64,000 bases of DNA, taken from the NCBI GenBank assembly GCA_030704615.1, contig CM060731.1, forward strand, positions 86,180,001 to 86,244,000. Direction: 5' to 3'. The notes under the pieces were generated by a model. It did no database searches and was not told the origin of the DNA. It was given only the letters and a program-made list of their open reading frames with translations. The first letter of the stretch is position 1, and every line of letters starts with the position of its first letter. Positions 25,265 through 38,252 of this stretch are shown here, in pieces. Source of the DNA: Takakia lepidozioides (Eukaryota; Plantae; Bryophyta). The translations under genes were made by a program, and so were the position numbers.

Positions 25265-27560
25265 TTGTATTCCTCCTTTGTCCATTGCCAAGGTGCACGC
25301 CTATACTTCCATCGTACAACACCCTTTGGGTCCACACCATTTTGTTCGGTCCACAGATGGTGCATGCGACCTTGCTCCTCAAGCTCCTTTCTAACACCGA
25401 GAGAATCTCCTTTTGCAGCCACTCCCTTCTTTGTCAGCGTGCCATGAAGAACCCGAAAAAGGGGCGAACGGACATTCTTCTCAGTATGCATGGGATCTAG
25501 AAGATGACGAATCTTCAGGTCCTACATATACCCCCACCCACAAATACTTACACAAATATTTTGACGTGAAAGTGACAATGTAACTCATTCAAAATGTGCA
25601 ATATCACATGCATGCATAAGGATATTGATGGTGTTTTTGTGGAATATATACCGCCCAATATGACAACTCGTAGAAGATTGAAAGTCGCTTCATGCCGGGC
25701 ACATCCACTTCACCGACCGTGCCCGCATGGGCCTCCTTCCATCGGTCCTCCCAAAACTGCCCGGATGGTGTCACGGGGGGGGGGGGGGGGCGTACTTCCT
25801 CTTTTCCATCAAACAAGTGTTTCTCTTCTCTTCTCCATCGATGGCTCATAGGAAGAAACTTGCGCGGTAGTTGGGATACACCATCTTGTGAAGATCGCGG
25901 GAGCTATATGCATCAAGATCATTGCCACAATGCAAGCATGCATGGTACCCTTTGGTGCTTAGCCCCGAGCAAACAATTAGTCTTGTACACATCCCACCAC
26001 ATTAGCAAAGACAAAAAATTGTCATGTGCATGGCCCATAATGCCATCTACCCTACTACGGTGCACAAGACTGTCGCCGCTACTTCAATCAATCCCAATCA
26101 TCATCGATATTATCTGGCATTGACAAGTGAATGTACACGGGTTCTTCATGGGGAACATAATATACCTGGATAATCATGCATTGTCCAAAGCAAGATGCCT
26201 CTCATCTGAAAAGATTGTCCGGCCATAAGTTCAAGTGAAGCATCCAATGCCGGGACCCCCCTCCATAGCTCCTTAAGTTCATCAACTAGAGGTCGCAAGT
26301 ACGTGTCCATGTTTGTCACTTGTTTTTCCCAGTGACACATTCACATCATTGTTTCAATGCTCTACCTACATAATGAATTACACGTCTTACACCATGATTA
26401 TGTCACTCATCAATCCTACATCCGAATTGCGCCAGAGATCAGAAGATTAATGTAAAGTCCAAGGGAATAATAAGAATGAAATGGGAACACTCATCTGGTA
26501 CAATGGTAGCCAACATGATATGGCCTTTTTTATTGAAAGATATACGAAGGGATGTTGTAATTCATCGTGGTCACTGGCCAAGTGGAATGACTACATGACT
26601 GGACAGAGAATGGGTTGACCCCATCCGAGGAGAAGCCGAGGCGGACATGTTGTGGGTCCTCCAAGAGAAAATGCCACATCTCTTCAGTATGCCCCCATGC
26701 TTGTGAATCTGGTGGCCCGCACACCTTTCTCAGGGGGCTCCGATGCGAGGCATGCCATCTCATCAGTGTTGCCAATGAGGGGCTTCGGTAGTGTGCCTTC
26801 AATCGTGGGATCATCGGAAAGTAATGCATTTTCTAGGATGAAATACCCCACGTCCCCCACATGTCATCATCCCATTAGCACACATAATACAACACCCTTA
26901 TGTCTTTCTCTTTATGCACCCTCTCCCTCATTAGGAAAAGAATGGTCAAAACCGAACGTCGCTAATATTACTCACTCCTTCCAAAGCCACAATCAGATCT
27001 TGCATGAGTACTACTCTCTAAACCCTAAACTTTGTGGAATACACTTTACATGCATTGAGAAGATTAAAGAAAATAATTTTCATGCGAGGGGGAATGGCGC
27101 TTATACCTTGCGTGGTACTTTATCCCCTTGGACATCATCCCGATATCGGTCTTTCTTGCACTTTGTACACTTGGTGAGGCGCGAATCATCTCTGTAGTAT
27201 AGGGTTTCATCACATGAACATGCATGAAAAATCTTATAGCCCATCCCCACAGAGTCCAAGACTTCGCGCGCCTCTTTCCGCGACATCCGTGACATCTTGG
27301 GTTTCAAGTGTGGAGCAAGGATGTAGTCCGCAATAGTTCGCATTATGGCAGACATCCCAACATTAATTTGAAGATTGAGCAAAAGTAAGATTGTTGAAAG
27401 TCGACTCACTTTCGCCCCTTCGTACAAAGGAGTTCTCGCCTCCTTCTCCATATCATTTGAGAGGGCCATTTCAGGATCATCGATTGGCCGGGTTTTCTCT
27501 CCATGGGATGCATCAGCGCCCACATGATGCATTAAGAGATCCTCCATGGCTTGCACATCC
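25265..27560 (-). pseudogene. CACTA/EnSpm Tnp2-type transposase remnant
   Basis: HACSCDETLY..CTKC..RY, IPRLKAHY..MRWH, DSQAW, LGFSSDGVNPF..STWPV..NIP, YLRPLVDELKELW, LLWTMHDYPG, SIFYELSYW, MHTEKNV, APWQWTKEE. Confidence 0.9.
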
Positions 27561-28721
27561 TCATTGTTGTTGTCACTGTCACTGTCATCGTCATCATCGT
27601 TCGGTACCGTGGGGGCGGCGTCTTGCCCACGGCTCCCACCTGAAGTACTTGGGGTTGTTTTTGGATGGGGTGCCAAGAGAAAGGACCGGGAAGGGAGTCC
27701 TGATATGAACAAATGAACATACTGACATATATTATAATGTGTCATTGCAACCATACAACTTATTATAAACGAAATGCAAACAACAACCTTTAATGTGTGC
27801 ATGCATCAAATATGTCATTCAGTAATTACATGTATGTGCGCAACATCACGCATGCAAAGTTTCAAACCTAAACAAAATCATTTGCCCCCCCAAGGACACG
27901 TTCACCCTATTAACCAATTTTGTTTATTAATATGAAAGAAAATCATCTCATGCCATTGCACCCATCAAACGGATGTGGCTCAAGCTTCATTTTTTCCCAC
28001 ATATGCTTGAATATATGTGCCACACCTGTGCAAAGATTCAACAGAAAAAAAAAAACATTTGCCTCCCCAACGACGCACTCACCCTTGAACATTGAATTAA
28101 ATCGAATCTAAATGAATTTAAAATGAATATGTACATTTAGAAAATATATGATTGCGGTTTTGAGGGGCGTAATGATTTTATTTTTTGCTCTATTTTGTTC
28201 TGCGACATCAGGGTTTGCACCACTACATCCATGCAAAAAATTGGACAAAAACAAAATGGGAAAAAAAAATAAAAAATTCTAGGGCAAATTTGCAGAACTC
28301 TATATGAAAAGTGCAAGAAGATGAAGATAACTCAACTATGGAGTGCAAATGAGAGAAGAAAATATGGTTTTGGGTCCAAATGACTTTTGTTTACTCCCAA
28401 ATTTTGCACGCATGCTGTCATTAAAGCATATGGCTTCATAATGGAATTAAAAAAAAATCATGTGCAGGCGAAACGCAGTTTTCCGTCCCTACGACACGTA
28501 ACTGCGTTCAACACTTGAATGACCCACTGAATGAACTTGGTTCAAGCTTGTATTTGGTCCACATGTGCATAAGTACAAAGTTGCAACCCACACGAGCAAT
28601 AAGAAAAAATATTTATATCAATCGATTAATCGGATGTATACAAAGTACATCATGAGAATATCTACAATGTCCCTCTACGCGATCCCTGTCTCAAAGGAAC
28701 CCTATTTCTATCATACACATC

Positions 28722-29317
28722 TCACTCATGCTGTAACCGGAGGTCCCAATCATCCCGGGAGAACTCGTATGATGCAAATAGCTCGCTATCAGCCCTAATA
28801 GTCCTACTAGCATATGTCATCACAAACATGTGCATCCCCTCGCAGTATACCGACGTATGATCACAAAAGCTCTCATGCCCATGGCTTCGCTCGTCCCAAC
28901 TACATTGGCTCCTAGGATGACCAAAATAATTGTTGACTAGCCCAGCAACATTGCCGAAGATATCGGGGTCACCATCACAAAATCTGATCTCAATATGAGA
29001 CAGCCCTCGTCTACGTACATCCTTCCGTTGACACATAAAATGTAGGGTAGGATATATTGGGCTTTGAGGCGTAATGTACAGAACTCTCCGGAGGTGTAGT
29101 ATGGACCGTAGTAGGGAAACAAGTCCACCATATTGTTTCTCCCAAGATGAACCACAATATCATTGACCGTGAATAAACCCCGACCCATAGCAGGGTCAGT
29201 AGCGGCTCTTACAACATACCGTCTATCCCAATACTCGAACTCAATATTCTCTCGGATGGGGGTAAGAGGGTCGAGATGATTCCCCCAATAACGAGGCTGA
29301 ACGGTCCTCAGTAACAT
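28722..29317 (-). pseudogene. SET-domain-like ORF, split by one frameshift near 29003
   Basis: MGRGLFTVNDI, FPYYGP, DGDPDIFGNVAGLVNN and YASRTIRADSELFASY follow the SET order GxGxF, YxG, GNxxRxxNH, AxRxIxxGxELxxxY. Confidence 0.65.
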
Positions 29318-29511
29318 AGTCCTATGCGCTGGAGATGGAGGTGGTACTGCTGGCGGAGGAGATGAAAGTGGAGGTGATTGAGGAAGTTAAATCGTCGTGG
29401 ACTTCTCAAGGGAACGATCTCGTTCCGTCCGTCCTATGAAGTCCAGGGATCGAATCCCGCAGCATCATCAAATTATATAAAGGACAAGCCAAGGAACCAT
29501 TGCATGTCTTT

Positions 29512-29556
<45 letters not shown>

Positions 29557-29689
29557 AATAAATAAATATATTTATATTTATTTATAAAAATAAATAAATA
29601 TTAAATAATAATAATAAATAATAATAATAATAAGAAACATATATACTATCCCAGTTTTCTCAGAAAAATTAACAAGTAATCTGCAGTAT

Positions 29690-29915
29690 AAGGATTATAG
29701 AGAGAGGAAGAGAGGGAGAGAGATCGGGCAACAAAGGAAAAAAAAAAAAAAAAAATGGGGGGGGGGGAGTGACTGAGTAGCAGCAGCTGCTGCTCAGTCA
29801 CTGCCATTTTTTTTAAAATTTAAAATAAAATAAAAAATAGTCATCTCTTCCTCTTTCTCCTTTTCTCTCTCCCTCTGTCCCTCTCTCTCCCCCTCTCTCT
29901 CCCTCTCTCTTTCTC
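29690..29915. repeat. Second copy of the GA-rich / GTGACTGAG hairpin repeat
   Basis: GTGACTGAGTAGCAGCAGCTGCTGCTCAGTCAC at ~29769, related to 11530-11560. Confidence 0.7.
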
Positions 29916-30459
29916 ACTTTTGGTGTGACATACAAGTTATGGACAACTCTCGACATCTTTCCCTTGATCCCACATGACAGAGACAAATTCATAGACCATC
30001 TCTCCACCCTGACCTACTTCTGCTGCTGCTGTTAGTGGTGGCGCCGACGCTGCTGCCGTTGTTGTCGCGGCTACCAACGGCGTGGGTCCCCGCCACTGCA
30101 GGGCCTTTCTGCCCCGCTCACCCACGCCTCTCTCTCTCTCTCTTCAGCTTCTTTTGCTCCCGCCTCTGCACGGCGTTTCTACTACATAGGGGAGAGAGAG
30201 GTGAGCCCGAGTTTAGGGCAAGAGAGCAAGAGAGAAAGTGAGGGAGGAGGCACAGCTTACCTGCAGCGTTGGAGCGTGGCATTGGAGCGGCGTTGGGGCG
30301 ACCTCCTCTCTACCTTGCGACCACCTCGGGCTCAACATCAGGTTGGTTTCTCTTCCACCCTAAACCCTACTCTCTCAGCTCTCTCTCTCCCAAAGAACAA
30401 ATGAAAAAGGGGGGGGGGGGATGGTGCTTCAAGCACTTGAAAAAAACAATGGGCGCGGC

Positions 30460-30615
30460 GCCTACGTGCGACACCCGCCCGTCGCACACCTGCACCCCGT
30501 TTTTAAAAAAAAAAATCAAACTGGGTATTTGCGACGGCAGGCCATTCTTGCTTGCGACCCCCGGCCTCACAAATCCAAAAAAGGTCGCAGGATGCGACGC
30601 GTTGGTGTCGCAAGC
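30460..30615. repeat. Cluster of TGCGAC/GTCGCA inverted motifs, probably CACTA subterminal repeats
   Basis: About 7 copies in both orientations upstream of the SET and Tnp2 ORFs; no CACTA terminus found nearby. Confidence 0.45.
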
Positions 30616-33600
30616 AGCAACGGCCGGGCCTTTTAGGTTTAGGGTTTAGGGCTTTTTGGGTTCTTAGTTTTTTTTCATTTTTTTTTTCACATGGTACTGA
30701 GGTAGGTGTTTGTTTTTCTTTATGGTGCTGGGTTTTGGATTGGCGGTTTTGGTTGTGGGTCTTGGGGTTGAAAGGATAAGCGGTGTAATTAGGATTCACA
30801 TATCCAAAAAGTGGTTCAATCTGATAAGCGCAAAGCGCTGGGTCTCAGTATATATTTCCATGGTGTGGGCAACCTGAAGAGGAAGGATTTATTGTCTTGA
30901 GCTCTCTCACCAGAGGGATGCTCCGTCTTTGTTTACCAATTTTGAAAGTCCCGAGGCTGAGGCAAAGGCCCAGGCCCTTAGGCAATGTGGGACTGGTCTT
31001 TATGAGATTTGTTTTTTTCATTGTAGGATTTTCTTGATACTGGGTTTTTGAGTTTGAATTTCGCAGTGTCACTACGGCCTCCCGGCGTTTGGGCGTAGCA
31101 ACCCCTTGCTATCGTAGGGTGGAAAAGGGACATGGTTTTTTCGCCAACGATTTTTGAGAAATTAAAGTGCTGGTGATGTGTGTTAATTACGATCCAATAC
31201 AGGCTGACGGACACAATCGTAAAAGGGACCGGGGCCAAATTTTAGGTGAAGCGGAGGATGTTGACACTCCGGGATCGAGTTGGGAGCGCCGCGGGTTGCC
31301 CCCTCGCGGACCTCCCCCTGGTGAGAGCCCTGCTAGTCCAAAGGCACAACGCCCACGGTCCCAACACCACGTAGATGAAACGCGTAAGTGAAGGAATAAT
31401 CTGCAGCAAATTACAAGAGAGTATGGCTTCTGCAGAAGTGATGTTACAATAACATAACAACAAGGGTCATAGCCCGTAGGGTACATGACACGCGCTGTCA
31501 TGATTATCCCAGAGACACCCTTCTTGAACAAACAGGATCTGTGGAAAATCCAGAAGAGGTGCCTTCACAGGCTCTGGAGACCAAATGGGTACATGTAAAC
31601 CTGCCAAAATTCTGCAAAAAACGGGTAATCCTATCTGCTACACAGGAAGAGGCTTGTTTGATGATTGCACAGGAGCTCTCCTAAGTGATTTGGCGTCAGG
31701 CATGATGGCTTCAGACAGAATCATTTGGAGAAACAAAACTCCAGCCCTTTACCGGGAACGATCTTGATGATGACTGTACAAGTTTCCCTGAAAAAGAGCC
31801 GGACGTTCTGAGTATGAAAGCTTCACGGCATGATGTTTGAGAGCAACACAAAATCGTGGAGCATCGTGTCATGATGAATACGCAAGGGACGAAGATATCC
31901 TGATGCGCAGCCTAGGAGATTCGTTTGTACCTGCTATGAACAAGAACAGGCTGAAGGGAGTAATCGTCTCCCTTTGTTGTCTGCTGTTTTTTGTTTTTCC
32001 ATCACTGGTATCATAAGCATACCACCTGTCTAGTTGCAGTGAAGCAAAGAATTGCGAGTAGTTGTGACTTTGTTGCTGGGCCGTTTACAGTGTATGCTTC
32101 GGCACTACTAAAGCTCTAGTGCTTGTTTGGAGATGACTTCAATGAGGCAGTAACGATTCCTAAGAGTGCTCTGCCGTAACCAGATTACTGACTGACAGGG
32201 ATTACTTACACTCTATATAAATCAGAGTGCTTCCAAAGGGTATCTTTGCCTGGAATTGATAACTGAGAGCGGTCCCGATTTAGGTTTTTTGTGCTTAGGT
32301 CCAGCTTACGGTGTCTCTGTTTTTTGGTGTCGCTTGAGTGTTCCTACGATTGGCTTGGACCAGCGATGTCGCAGGCAAACCTACCACAAGCCATTAAGGT
32401 TCAGTACATGACCGTGTGGGTATTTTTGCAAATGACAAATCCAATAGGGCGCATATCATACTTACCTATGGCTGTTACCTTGAGATTTATGTTAAAACAA
32501 GAATGGTGGGGTTGTGATTTGTAGTCCATGCAGATAGACCATGGAATTGTGTATTCTCTTAAAGCATCTGAACATGTCATAGGCTATAATCTTACCTCAA
32601 GAATTCAGAGTTCTGTTGAGGTCTCCTTTGTATGCTGCAAATTCATGATCTCATTCTGGAAAGCGATAGCAAGCGCAGCTGACCCGTTATGCACCTTTAG
32701 CTTCCTCACTAACAATCACTGTGGTGTTTGTTTTTGGGACGGGCGACAGGTGAGGGTCATCTGCTTTTTATGAACACATGGAGTGTAGGATGCATGGGAG
32801 ATTTGGAAGCCGTGACATGACAGATTTTGATGAAGATGCTCGAAGAAACTGGGGAGGTCTTTACCAGTCACACAAAGACCGATTACCCTGCTATCTTCAA
32901 ATGAATAGCACATGAGAACCAGGGAAGCCTCTGAGACTGCTATTCATATTTCTCTTTAGAGATTTTTTGGAAAAAAAACACAACTGGATCTACACTACTT
33001 AAGATGGATTCTAAGGTCATTTTTGTATAGGCCAAGGAATTGTCATGCTATACTGAAACCTGAGTGTAACTCAGCCATGATTGATAGTCTCAGGGACAAG
33101 AATCAGAAAAGCATGTATTATGTTGCTCTACCCTGGATCTCACTATGGCTCTAACAAGGATTCATGTTTCAAACAGCAGCATAGTGTTACCTTACTCCAC
33201 TGGTCAAAAATACACGAGTGGACATACTTGGTGACATTATCTGTTTAGAAGCAGTGTTTACCTGGATGACTTCTTTAAAGATACATGTTATCATAGGCCT
33301 GGTATATATTTATGAAAAACTGGTTTTTGAAAGGTCTTAACCAGAGATGCATTCTGGTTACACCTTGTTCAAGCCCCACTGCTTACAGTTGTAGATCACT
33401 TCAGAGTACGGCTATGTAGTGGGTGCAATTATATGTGAGAAATCTTTTACTCCTCTGTGTCTTATCATAACAGAGGTGAATCTGATATCAGTTTTTGGAT
33501 CCAGAGGGAACACTGTAATCAGCTCATCCTCATGAACAACTGCAAACCCATCGTCATCTGCAGTGGCAGTCAGTGGAAGACTACCTGCATTGGAATGAAA

Positions 33601-34517
33601 TCAAGCGAGTCTATCTCGCTCCCTGGACATGTTTTCCCACACTGACCGAAAGTTGCAATGCACAACGGATTCCCCGAACTGATAGCCCGCAATTCTCGAA
33701 AGGGGATCCACCCCAAACAAACTGAGGTGAATAAGGGTAGCACTGAGCCAAAGACTGCGGGCGATGCATGCAAAGGATGTAGGAATGTCATGTACCGAAC
33801 TTCGCAGACAGCCACACTGAGACACACCAACCAGAAAAACTGTTTTCTAAGACAAGAAGCCACAAGAAGCCACAAGAAGCCGTGCTGTATTTGGATGAAA
33901 AACAAACCCTGAAAATCATGACATGAAACCATCCATTATGGAAAGACGGCAACAACCCTGGAGAGCAGTAAACAGGAAGACCCCCGAATCTAATGAGGTT
34001 GTGCTGTGCCAGAAGAGCACAACACAAACACTGACACTCCGGGAGACACCTCACACGAATATGTGCAACACATGACCATTGCGACACAACCCTTTATACC
34101 GAATGACCCCATTGCGATGGTGACGGCGAAATCCACACCGCAGGGTAGGTAGTACAACACACGTGGATGCATATGTGAAGCATAACAATTATTGCGAATC
34201 TGCAAGTACTGCTCGAAATTGAACTAGCATTAGATTTCTACGGCACTTCCGAATTTGAAACAGTGCAAGAAGGCTGTCATGTATTGGCAGGCGGCGAAGT
34301 ACATCTGACATATATCACAAGTACATGCAACGGATATACTTTTTTTCTACCACTTTATTTCTTGGATAATACAAAGATGCCGAAATGGATGAATTCCGTT
34401 CGCACACAATGATGACACCCGCATCCAAATACGGTTAACAATGTCCAATTTTTATTTTGGTTACATGTCATAGCAACCCTTGTTGCAAACGTCAAACTGG
34501 AGAGCTCTAGAGGCAGC

Positions 34518-34916
34518 GTGGGGAGCCCTTGTTTCCAACGGAGGAGGAAGAGAAGGAAGTTGTTATACTTTACGAGCACTAGGGACAGGAATAGAGCCAG
34601 ATATAGAATGAGGATGGAAAGAGTAGACGAAGAGGAAAAGGAGGAAGCAGAGGGCAAAGAGGAAAATTTGGCCATGGAAGAGCAGGATTCTGGAGAAGAA
34701 CAGTAGCCCGCCATACTTCCAAGAACAGATGAGGAGGAGATTGCATCCGAGGGAGAGACGGACGCCGAAGATGATGTTGATGTTGGCCTCACGAAGAACC
34801 AGATTGTGGAAAAGAGGATGGGGGAGATGCTCCAGAACATGCTCGGCGTAGAGAGCAGTCCGAAGCGCAAAGGGTCTCCGGCGATTGGGGAGTCTTCTGG
34901 AGCACCCAAAAAAAAG
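34518..34916 (+). pseudogene. MULE cargo copy D, exon 1 only (B-like subfamily)
   Basis: RRKRRKLLYFTSTRDRNRARYRMR versus B's RSKRRRTLYFTSKKQRARAKERMR; acidic tract; SSGAPKKK|GT donor; TAG at 34704. Confidence 0.7.
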
Positions 34917-34944
34917 GTACAAGTGATGTCCAAACCTACTTGGA

Positions 34945-36790
34945 AGCTTAAACAGAGTGCGGCAATGCACACTGTTTGAGACCCACATTTGTGCTTTATT
35001 TTTGATGTGAAAATCGGCCACTTTGGGCCTCTCTGTCTGGTTCAATTCATCACTGACTGGAATGTCAATCAGTGTGCGGCAACGCACACAGTTTCAGACC
35101 CCACTTGTACTTGTCTTTTTTATATGAAAATCGCCTACATACGGCATCTCTCTCTGGTTCAATCCACCCGTATTAAGAAGCTCAAACAGTGTACAACAAC
35201 GCCGACCGAATGAGCCCCAACTTTGTGCTTGTTTTTTGATATGAAAATCGGCCCCAAAACGGGCATGTCTGTCTGGTTCAATCCTCCAATATTTGGAAGC
35301 TCAAACAGTGTGCGACAACGCACACTACTTGAGCCCCAACTTTGTGCTTGTTTTACATATGAAAATCGGCCACAAACGGGCCTGTCTGTCGAGTTCAATC
35401 CACCACTATTTGGAAACTCAAACAGTGTGCGGCAACGCGCACTGTTTGAGCAACCCTTCTCATTGGTTTTTTCATATGAAAATCGTGCACACAAGGGCCT
35501 CTTTGTAAGGTTCATTCCACCCCCACTTGGAAGCTCAAACAATGTGTGGCAACGCACACTGTTTGAGCCCCCACTTGATATTATGTTTTCATGTGAAAAT
35601 TGGCCACAAAGGGCATCTCTGTCAGGTTCAATCCACACTTACCTGGCAGCTCAAACAGTGTGCGTCAACGCACACTGTTTTAGCCCCTCTTTTGCCTTGG
35701 TTTTGGGTGTGGAAATCGTGCACACAGGGCCACTCCGGCAGGTTGAATCCACACTTACCTGGAAGCTCAAACAGTGTGCGTCAACGCACACTGTTTGAGC
35801 CCCCCTTCTCATTGTTTGTTTCATGTCAATATCTGCAACATAGGGCATGTGTTTTGAGGTTCAATCCACAATTACCTGGCAACTCAAACAGTGTGCGTCA
35901 ACGCACACTGTTTGAGCCCCCCTTGTCGTTGTTTAATTCATGTAAAAATCGACCACAAATGGCATCTTGGACAGGCTGAATCCACACTTAAGTGACAACT
36001 CAAACAGTGTGCGTCAACGCACACTGTTTGAGCCCCCCTTCCCATTGTTTGTTTCATGTTAAAATAGGCCACATAGGGCATGTCTTTTGAGGTACAACCA
36101 CAATTAGCTGGCAGCTCAAACAGTGTGCATCAACGCACATTGTTTGAGCCCCCCTTCTCATTGTGTGTTTCATGTTAAAATCGGCCACATAGGGCATCTC
36201 TTTTGAGGTTCAACCACAATTATCTGGCAGCTCAAACAGTGTGCGTCAACGCACATTGTTTGAGCCCCCCTTCTCATTGTGTGTTTCATGTTAAAATCGG
36301 CCACAAAGGGCATCTCTTTTGAGCTTCAACCAAATTACCTGGCAGCTCAAACAGTGTGCGTCAACGCACACTGTTTGAGCCCCCCTTCTCATTGTGCAAT
36401 TCATGTACAAATCGGCCACATATGGCATCTCTGACAGGTTGAATCCACACTTATGTGGCAGCTCAAACAGTGTGCGTCAACGCACACTGTTTGAGCCCCC
36501 CTTTTGCCTTGTTTTTTGGTGTGGAAATCTTGCAGAAAGGGCCACTTTGAGCCCCCATTTTGCCTTGTTTTTCTTGTTCAAAACGGCCACAAATGGCATC
36601 TCTGTCAGGCTCAATCCACACTTACGTGGCAGCTCAAACAGTGTACGTTGACGTACATTGTTTGAGCCCCCCTTCTCATTGTGTAATTCATGTACAAATC
36701 GGCCACATATGACATCTCTGACAGGCTGAATCCACACTTAAGTGGCAGCTCAAACAGTGTGCGTCAACGCACACTGTTTGAGCCCCCTTT
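34945..36790. repeat. ~16 x ~117-bp tandem units, each with hairpin CTCAAACAGTGTGCGTCAACGCACACTGTTTGAG
   Basis: Hairpins at ~34950, 35069, 35183, 35302, 35419, 35535, 35652, 35768, 35885, 36001, 36117, 36232, 36348, 36464, 36635 and 36752. Confidence 0.95.
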
Positions 36791-36998
36791 TTGCCTCGAA
36801 AAACAAGGCAAAAAGCAAGGCAAAATGGGGGCTCAAAGTGGCCCTTTGTGCACGATTTCCACACCCAAAAGCAATCATGCATACATCCTCGCCTTGCTGC
36901 TAGCAGCTGACAATGACAGCCTAGAATTGTCAAAGCAAACACTAGCAGGGAAAACAGGGTGAAATATGTTGAAGAAGGTACCTTCACCCATTTCCCCA

Positions 36999-37491
36999 TC
37001 ATTTGCTTTCAGGTGTCCAAAGCCCCATCCCGCGCTCCTGCTCTGCACACCCTGCAAGCATCGCATTCCACGACACCACATCTGGTTCAGCCATAGTGTT
37101 GAACACTCCCTTGGCATCCTCAATGCTCCCACATTTAGCATACATGGCCACCAGAGCAATGTTCAGGATGACATCTGGTACAATTGCAGATTTGATGGTG
37201 TCACCAGGGATCTCTTTGCCCTTTTCTAGGGCTGCCAGACGCACTGCAAACGCACACAAATGTTCTGTCGGCGGCCTTCACCCCTTCCCCCATCATTTGC
37301 TCAAAGGTTGGAGCCTCCATCCCGCACCCCAGTTGTGCATACCCTGCAAGCATCACACTCCACGACACCACATCTCGTTCAACCACAGTGTTGAACACTC
37401 CCTTGGCATCCTCGATGCACCCACATTTGGCATACATGTCCACCAGGGCAGGGGCAGTATTCAGAAGGACATGTGGTAATTTGACAGGCAT
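36999..37491 (-). pseudogene. PLS-class PPR gene fragment
   Basis: Two ALVxMYAKCGxIEDAKGVFNT..DVVSW..MLAG repeats, frameshifted. Confidence 0.85.
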
Positions 37492-38252
37492 TCACCTCCT
37501 GACTTGGCTATTCCCAACCCATCCTGCCATTGGCAAGAGATTCCACAGAAACTGATAGTTGTCTGTTTGACTGTATAACTATGTATCTCTTGCTTTCTTA
37601 CAGCTCACGCGTAATGCTCTTGCTGTATTGAATCATTTCACGCCTTCAGGTTTCAGAACAAACATTACCGTCTTTCTTTATCAGACAAGTGCACCAAGAC
37701 AGAATCTCACCAAAAGATTGTTGTTGTTCAATAGTACCATACATGAAGATAACTAGCACCAAAAGGGCATATGAAGCTTACACTGCCCTCCACTGGTATT
37801 AACCTGCACCAGGACTTTCAATGGCTGTCTTCCAGTCCACCCACGGCCCGCTGTAAATGGCTTGCAACCTACAAATTTTCAAGAGAGCTGATTACCATGA
37901 AAATTTCAAAACTGGCTTTACAAACCTAATAATTCAAGCATAATCAGCATTCAAGCTAAGGAAGCTTTACAAGCATCGTGTTGCAAGTAAAGCCTTTGCA
38001 ATGTCACCAGGAAATCCCTGGCTGAATGGATGACACTGAAATAATGGAGCTTGAAATCTGGCCCTCTTGGACGAATCTGGGCCCACACTCTATCCTTGCT
38101 CCTTCAGCTATCTATGCCTCTGCACAAAATCATGCATACATCCTTGCCTTCCTGCTAGCAGCTGACAATGACAGCCTAGAATTGTTCCAGCAAACACCCC
38201 CAACCCTACTATCAACAAGCAATGAGCTAACTTACAAAATTCAATATGCATC

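Noticed and set aside
29440-29465. tRNA/SINE B-box-like GGGATCGAATCCC
   Set aside because: No cloverleaf or A-box could be built.
30630-30652. Telomeric TTTAGGG repeats
   Set aside because: Only two copies; telo-box-like or chance.
31069-31080. CACTAC as the partner of the 48730 CACTA end
   Set aside because: The match stops after 6 nt (CACTACGGCC versus CACTACAACA) and there is no 3-bp TSD.
31100-34400. Possible gene remnants
   Set aside because: Only short, stop-ridden ORFs with no recognisable homology.
34945-36790. CRISPR-like array (palindromic repeat plus spacer)
   Set aside because: The spacers are ~80 bp and homologous to each other, there are no cas genes, and the context is eukaryotic. 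The same applies to 1505-2555.
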